Shown here piece after piece: positions 56,192 through 64,000 of a stretch of 64,000 bases of DNA. A program made the translations under genes and the position numbers. Within the stretch, counting starts at the first letter, position 1; each line of letters opens with the position of its first letter. The DNA is taken from assembly GCF_009914755.1 (NCBI RefSeq), contig NC_060947.1; one strand, 5' to 3'. This stretch comes from the human T2T-CHM13v2.0 reference genome, Homo sapiens. The notes under the pieces are model-generated. The model had not been told where the DNA came from and made no database searches. It saw only the letters and a program-made list of their open reading frames with translations.

Positions 56192-57241
56192 TTACCATGA
56201 GATTAGAGTACCTGAACCGGCAAGAGGTAGATGAGATAGGAGATGGGGGTGAGAAGGGGAAGAATGGAGTGCCTAATCTGTATCTGAGTAGACTTCATTT
56301 ATTTAGCACAGTATTTTTTTCATAAGGTGCTTGGCTGTTTGAAACTGTCATTTCTAGCTATCCTAGAACTTGTCAATGGTAGGGAGTATACCTCTTTCTT
56401 TAAAAATCATATTATAAAAAGATGCCTAAATGTACTTTTTTTCTGTTGTAACCCTAATTTATATTATCATTCCAGAAAGTTTTTCTTAATTTCAAACTAA
56501 TTTTTGATAAATTAGATTTAGGTTTAAATTGTTCTGCTCGCCAATCTTTGACTAATGATTGTCAAAGTCCTTCTATTTCAAAGAATCCCTTGGTCGAATG
56601 GTATCACAACATATCTCACTGTGAAAGAGAGGATTAAGGAACAAGGTTATTTCCTCAACTGGCAAAAAAAGATTGTTGATTTGATTATAACTTTTATATG
56701 CTGAATTGATCTGTGTGAAAAATGGTATTTCTGGCACTGTGATCCTCTATAAGGAACAAACTTGATTATTAACTGTGGCACACAAATCATGATGTTCTGT
56801 TACTATCGATTATCAATTATTCATTTCCTTGTAACCATTTTCCCTTCAAATATTCCAACCGCTTACATAAAAGTCACCTAAATTTTCCTCAAGTCACCTG
56901 CCAAGGAAAACAGAGGATATTCAGAACATATGAGACAGGTGAGGAAAGTGGTGGGAAATCAGGTGGGATTTAAATATTTCCCCTGCCCATACTGACCTCT
57001 AATTCACTACCAAAATAAGTTGCTTTAGGTGATGAAAAGTGGGAAGTAATTCTATAAAGACAAAGACATTTTAATATCTCATAGAAAAGGATATTTGTAA
57101 ATGGTTGCAACTACTTGGAAATGACTCAAGTTTTAGCTCATTTAATAGCAGTAATGTTATCTTTTATGTATGTCCTCATTTTTGGTACATTTGTATGTAA
57201 CTATTGGGTATAACATAAGAAATCAAAATCAGTAAATTAGA

Positions 57242-57604
<363 letters not shown>

Positions 57605-58663
57605 TCATAAATGGTTTCTCTTACAGACAAGAAAATTTATTAAAACTTCAAATCACACAGGATTTTGATGGATGCCGTATGTATTAAAAGTCTTTAAATT
57701 GTTGCTTACTTCTAACCGGATGATTCTGTGAAAGAGATCACATTCATTGCAGCTTTAACTGGATGGCCTACTATAGAGTCTGTTATAGAAACAGATATTA
57801 AGTAGATTATTTTTAAAGGCAAGTATACTCAGATCAACTGTTGACCCTACATAGGATGGGCATGAATTGTAATGGGACCCATGATGGGGCCAAGAAATTA
57901 TGAAGAGTAACATGGGACCCCCTTCCTCAAGAGAAATACCTCTCAATCATCTTACTGGCAAGTATGTACCATCAGCTTCCTTTATGAATGAACAATGTGT
58001 TATTTGTTCTTGATTACGTAAAGTGAAAGTTCCTTGACATGTACTCATTCTGGAATAATAAGTATATGGTATAAGTAACACTGAAAGATACAGAGGTCAA
58101 TGCAGCTTAGAAAGAAACTGAAGAGGGCAAGGGAGTGTCAAAACATTTTGGAGGCAACTGCAGCAATAATAAAGGCTTAATTTGTGCTGCCTGCCCTTCC
58201 TGTGCTCTATGGCACTGTTTCCAGTGTCCTGCAAAAGGCCATCACCCATAATCCCAAAGATCCACTCTTCAATAAAAGGCCCAAAGACTCAAGATCTGAT
58301 GAACTGTGAAAATATGACCTTTTTATGACACTAGCAAATTTACCAAGAAGGGAGTGGAAGAAGTATACATGCTTTCTCAGTAGTATAACATTGCTTTTAC
58401 TCAATTGGATATGACAGTCATTAAGTACCTGCTCAATATCATGCAGCTATGGCAGAAACTCATCTTACTGAGGGACTTGTAAATAGACTGAAAAAGAAGA
58501 TAGGCATATCAATACTAGCATCCAAGAGACTCCTATAAGTCGGCAATGCCTTCTACCTATCTCTGAATTCCACGACCTCCAAAAGGTCTCATCTGCTAAT
58601 TTGAAAACATGATGAAAACTGTCTTCATTTAACCACCCCACTCAAATGCCATTTCTATTCACT

Positions 58664-59160
58664 GTATTTTTAGGGTCAATTAGGTTGTAAGTAACAGAAA
58701 AGCCAACTCAAAATAGCTTAAACGATAAAATGCCAATGTAATTTGAAAGTTAAGGGTTAGGGCAGACAGGTTTTAGGGTAGATTTGATTCAGTAGCTCAA
58801 CAATGAAACAGAAGGCCCAGATTCGTTCCTCCATGAGACAACTTTATCCTCAGGATGTTTCCCCTTTCTAGTCTGAAGACAGTTCCAGTGGCTCCTAGAG
58901 ATACATACTCTTCAAGGGAGGGAGAGAATCAATCTAGCTTTAAGATCCTAGAAGCTTCTTTCCCAGGAGTTGCTAGTATTACTATGATATCACAAATCCA
59001 TCCATGAACCAATATGTATGGTCAAGGAATGGGATTACCCTCAGAATCTCGGGCCTAAGAAAGAGATCTCACTTCTAGAGCCACGGGTGGGATCAGTTTT
59101 CCCAAAAGCAATTGAAGGAATGGAATCAAAACCTCAAGGTTGAAGAAAAGCTGCACAGAA
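58664..59160. mobile_element. MLT1-type MaLR LTR remnant
   Basis: ggttgtaagtaacagaaaagccaactcaaaatagcttaaac start; gattcagtagctcaacaatg; ccatccatgaaccaat. Confidence 0.6.
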
Positions 59161-61008
59161 ATACACTTGTGATTACTAGGCTGGAGAAAGAAGACCTCAG
59201 AGGAGAAATTTTTCCCTACAAGGGGAAGCCACCATCCACACTCCATCCTTTCTCATTGCTGTTATGGCACCATAAGGCTGGGTGTTGTGCATTCTGAAAG
59301 AGAAGGAATACGTGAGGGCATGACACTTACGGGCCTGAAGTCAGAAATCTTTCTTTCCTTTTCAACAAAATGAGCCACTTTTTAAGCTGAACAATTTTAG
59401 CCAATGGAGATCCACAGGCTAGACAGTGTCATTTGTCAGGAGCTGTAGCCATAACAGGGCTAAGATCAACACATCCATCACATCAGACAATTCTACACGC
59501 TGGTTATTTGGGGAACATGAGCACACAAGAAAAGAGCTGCCCAACAGAATGGCTGTCAAAGGACTCAAGAACTGTTTACAACATAGCCAAGGATAGAGGA
59601 GAATACCCTTGAAACATAACTCCCAAAATGCATGACTTACCTGAGAACAATCACTTCCATTTGTGGCCATCACGTATTCTCTACCTCCTTGCCATCCCCA
59701 CCTCTTCCTGCTCCTTGGACTTCACCTCTCAACAGCAAGATCACAAGAGCACGCAGATCAACAGAGCAGGCATTATTCTTCTATCTCTTCTTCTATCTAT
59801 CATCCTTCTATCTATCTAGTCCTCTCTAATCATGCACGGCAACTGCTTTAGACACTTTAATTCTTGTACTTATTTTTAAAGCAAAAACTGGGGGATCTAT
59901 AGGTGGCCCATTTTACCAAAAGATTAGGTGATTGAGGAGCAAGTTATAAGAATATCTCATTGGCAAGAAGGGCGAAGCCCCTCTTGTGGTTTCTGCCACT
60001 TACTGTCATTTCTCCAGTGTCCACAGGCCTTGCTTCTGAGACACTTCCCACTGAAAGGAGTTAAGTCAGCTGGTCCTGAGTATGCAAGCCATAATTTATG
60101 CCCGTATTTCTATGTCCTAGCCCTAGAAAAATGACTCAAATGGGCTGTCCTAGAGTACTGAGTGGGTCACCAACAATATCTCTCTACATGGAGGCCAGTA
60201 TGTTACAAAGCCATAAGATTCCTTCTTTTAGGGGATTTTTTTCTACGGTTTTTTTTTGTGTGTGCATCACTCCATATCCTCACTTGCCTTTCACATTTCA
60301 TAAATGGAAGAATTTGTGGTCAGAATAGTTATTTGCCATCAGCAAAGTTTAATAACACTCAGTTAATTTCTAGGAAATAATAGGCTTCATTAAATGCTGA
60401 AGTCCGCCAGACCCTTCACCTCTTCAATAGACGTATGCTTGGCAGCTGATGGGTTGGTTTTGTTTTGCTGGATTGTGACAGGCTGCCCTGACATTACGTA
60501 TTCCACCAAAGGAGTGAAAGCTAATTCAAGAATGATCTGTACCATGATAGTTCAATATGCTAGGTATTTACTTAATTCCATTCAGAATTATTTATCATTT
60601 CCGAGAAAAGATTTTATATTATGAACTATAATTCTACAGTTTTCAATTAAGTGTGGATTTAAAGAGAAAAAGAAGTACAGTCATATATATGGGTACAATT
60701 AGCCTTAAAATCATAAAATTCATCTGGCCAATATTGAAGACAGTGACTCTCAGACTTATGAAGTTTTGGCCTCCTTTTATTTGTTTAGTTTCCAATGGTT
60801 CCATATTCTGCCCCAGAATGTCATAGTTTTAAAAACTACATTAAAACTTATTTTGTTTTGAGGGGCTTATTTTTTAGAATTCCATGACATCCTTCAAGGG
60901 TACTGAAAGACAGCCCAGTTGTCTTTCAGTTGTGAAAAAATATAAAGTGAAGAATAAGTGATTCAGGGCTTCAAAAATTAAACAGTACAAATTGTAACTT
61001 AGCCAACA

Positions 61009-61330
61009 TTTTTGTTGTTGTTCATTTGTTGTTATTGTTTTCTTAGAGCAGAATCTCCTTCTGTCGCCCAGGCTGGAGTGCAGTGGTGTAATCATAGCTC
61101 ACTGTAACCCCAAACTACTGGGCTCAAATGACCCTCCTGCCTCAGTCTCCTGAGTAGCTGGGACTACAAGCATGTGCCACCATGCCCAGCTAATTTTTTT
61201 TTTTATTTTTTCTAGAGACAGGGGTTTCACTATGTTGCCCACGCTGGCTTCAAACTCCTGGTCTCAAATGATCCTCCTGTCTCGGCCTCCCAAAACACTG
61301 GCATTACAGGCATGAGAAACTGTGCCTAGA
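61009..61330 (-). mobile_element. AluJ with (TTG)n tail
   Basis: J diagnostics; TSD ctt(a)agccaac(a/c)tttt. Confidence 0.92.
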
Positions 61331-61431
61331 CTTAAGCCAACCTTTTAAAATTTCTATGCCTAAAAGTAGAGTTTACCTCTTTTTTAAAGCAGTTTGTTAC
61401 AAGTCATTCAGAATTTGACAAGACTCTAGTG

Positions 61432-61610
61432 AGCTGGGCTTCTCAAACTCTGGCATAAGAATTACCTGGAGGGTTTCTTAAAACAAAGATAGTGGGCCTC
61501 AGCTCCAGAGATTCTAAATAAATAGTTCTAGGGTGCAGCCTCAGAATGTGCATCTCTATCTAGCTCCCAGTTGATGCTGATGCTGCCAAGGCCCAGATCA
61601 CAGACTGTAG
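61432..61610. mobile_element. MER5A-like MITE
   Basis: ttctcaaact..agaattacctggaggg..ccagagattct..gctcccagttgatgctgatgctgc. Confidence 0.75.
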
Positions 61611-62194
61611 GGGTTTTTTCACAAATCTGAGGTTTATGTTATGAAGAAAGATAAACATTCAAACTCCTTACTGTTTCTTCATGCAGTATAAGGACCAAAA
61701 AATCAACCTCAATATTTGATCTTATTGTCATGAAAGCTATAGGGATGCTTCTGGAGACAATATCCACATCCACTGAGGATTTGGAAACAATAACAAAATT
61801 AAAATCACGTTTCAGAATCAGCCACTTAGGTTAATTCCACAGCCCCAGGGAGCAACTGAACATTCAATTCTGGTTGATTTGACTACCCATTTTGCTGCCT
61901 CCAATTCACAAATACCTATTCTTTAATTTAGGGCAGGAAATTCTGTGTACATAAGAATATTACTTGGGAATGTAGATGGTCTCTAGAAATAAGTAAACCT
62001 AGACAATAATGCAAGCAATGTGAATCCAGGCTGAAGAGTGAAAAAAATCAACACGCTAGGTGATTCAATCTCCAAGATGCTAAATACACAGGTTGATTAA
62101 TTTTTTTCTTCACCAAAGTTTTGCTGAATTAACTAATTAGCAGGGTTGGGAGATGATGGGAAAGAAAATATTAGCTTGATTAAAATAAGCAGTA

Positions 62195-62478
62195 GTTATT
62201 TTTATTGAAAAGTTAGGGAGGAAGAAAATAAATATTTGTCAGCACCTCCAAGTACAAGCCTTATGTTTATTCCCTAGCAGTTCAGCACAGAAGTTAGTAT
62301 ATCTATTATTATCTCTATTTGTGTATTAAAAACTAAGGTTATTTTAATTGATAACTTAGGGAGGAAGGAAATAAATATTTGTCAGCACCTCAAAACACGA
62401 GCATTGTGTTTATTCCCTAGCAGTTCGGCCCCGAAGTTAGTATATTTATTATTATCTCTATTTGTATATTAAAAACTA
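62195..62478. repeat. Two-copy tandem duplication, period 143 nt
   Basis: 62195-62337 vs 62338-62478, roughly 85-90% identical by eye. Confidence 0.93.
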
Positions 62479-62693
62479 CAGCTCAGAAAGTGTAAGTGAC
62501 ATCCCCAATATCACCACGCAACAAAGCTGCAGATATGGGTTTCAATAAAATCATGCTCTTTCCTCTACACATGCTTCTCCTGCTGATGTAGCTTCTCTTA
62601 CTATTTAATACTAATAACTAACATTTACTGAATGCTATCTGAGCATTTGATATATAGACTCTTCAATGCTTACAACCCTATAAGATAGGCACT

Positions 62694-63873
62694 GGTAACA
62701 AACTATAGAAATGATCCCTGAGGAACTCAAACAACTCAACCACAATCTCATTAAAAAGTGGGCCAACCCAGGTGCATTGGCTCACGCCTGTAATCACAGC
62801 ACTTTAGGAAGCAGAGGTGGGAGAATCACTTGAGGTCAGTAGTTCGAGACTAGCCTGGCCAACATGGTGAAACCCCATCTCTACTAAAAATACAAAATAA
62901 GTTATATGGGCGTGGTAGTGCATGCCTGTAATCCCAGCTACTTGGGAGGCTGGCAGGAGGATTACCTGAACTCGGGAGGAAGAGGTTGCAGTGAGCCAAG
63001 ATTGCACCACTGCACTCCAGCCTGGGCGACAGAGTGAGACTCTGCCTCAAAAAAAAAAGTGTACCAAGGACAAAAGTATACATTTTTTTCAAAAGAAGAC
63101 ATACAAATAGCCAGCAAGCATATGGGAAAAAAAAATGCTCATCGACACTAATCTTCAGAGAAACGTGAATCAAAATCACAATGAGATATCATCTTATACC
63201 AGTCAGAATGGCTATTATTTAAAAAAGACAAAAATTACAAATATTGGGAAGGATGCAAAGAAAAGGGAATGCTTACACACCGTTGAGGAGAATGTAAATT
63301 AGTACAACCTCTATAGAATAAAGTTTGGCAATTTCTCAGAGAACTAAAAATAGAACTACCATTTGATGTAGCACTTCCACTACTGGCTATCTACAAAAAG
63401 GAAAATAAACTATTATATCAAAAAGATACCTGTACTCATATGTTTGTTGCTGCACTATTCACAATAGAAAAGATATGGAATCAATCTAAGTGTCCACCAA
63501 AAGACAAATGGATAAAGAAAATATGGTATGTATACACAATGGAATACTATTCAGCCATAAAAAGAATAGAATCATGTCACTTGGAGCAACATGGATAAAG
63601 CTGGAGGCCATTATCTTAAGTGAAACAACCCATGTTCTCACTTATAAGTGGGAGCTAAATAATGTGTACACATGGACAAAAAGTATGAAACGATAGACAG
63701 TGGAGACTCAGAAGTATGGGGGAGGTTGGGGGGATGAATGATGAGAAATTACTTAATGAGTACAATGTACATTATTCCAGTGATTAATACACTAAAAACC
63801 CTGACTTCACCACTGCACAATATAACCATGTAACAAAATCACACTTATATACCTTGTAAATTTGTACAAAAAA
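62694..63873 (+). mobile_element. L1MA 3' end inserted in a MIR and interrupted by an Alu
   Basis: L1MA 3' motifs; TSD aagataggcact at 62682 and 63874; MIR core resumes at ~63886. Confidence 0.88.
62767..63053 (+). mobile_element. Old Alu (Jb/Sz-like) within the L1MA
   Basis: Dimer with TSD aaaaagtgggccaa / aaaaagtgtaccaa. Confidence 0.92.
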
Positions 63874-64000
63874 AAGATAGGCACTAATATTATCCTCAAT
63901 TAACAGATGAGAAAACTGAAGTTCTGAGAAGTTGAGTAATTTGCCCAAAGTCACACAGCTAATGAGTGGTAGGACTAGGATTTGATTCTATGCAGTTAAA

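Overview
Human (primate) genomic DNA covering the 3' part of PTCHD1 (patched domain-containing 1, + strand): the distal ~23 kb of intron 1, exon 2 (23153-23813, 661 nt), intron 2, the large terminal exon 3 (CDS 36093-37747, ending in the PDZ-type ITTV stop), a long 3'UTR (inferred to ~40.4 kb or ~47.9 kb) and ~16 kb of downstream sequence. The non-coding part is rich in interspersed repeats: a full-length antisense L1PA (about L1PA6) nested in a MER63 that is nested in an old L1M, 12 Alus (one a young AluYd), five co-oriented LTR33-like solo LTRs, MIR/L2, hAT and mariner MITEs, and microsatellites. Most ORFs in the supplied track are repeat-derived or spurious. The most unusual signal is a ~245-nt non-repeat-looking element present twice in the 3'UTR, 8.1 kb apart (~80% identical). 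Both copies keep a GAAA-capped hairpin and both are followed by an AATAAA. Other candidates are an inverted Alu pair in the UTR, an L1-derived distal poly(A) site, a possible L1 antisense-promoter fusion to exon 2, an intact L1 endonuclease-only ORF, and a (CA)22/(GT)20 palindrome. Repeat subfamily names and boundaries come from visual recognition and are approximate.
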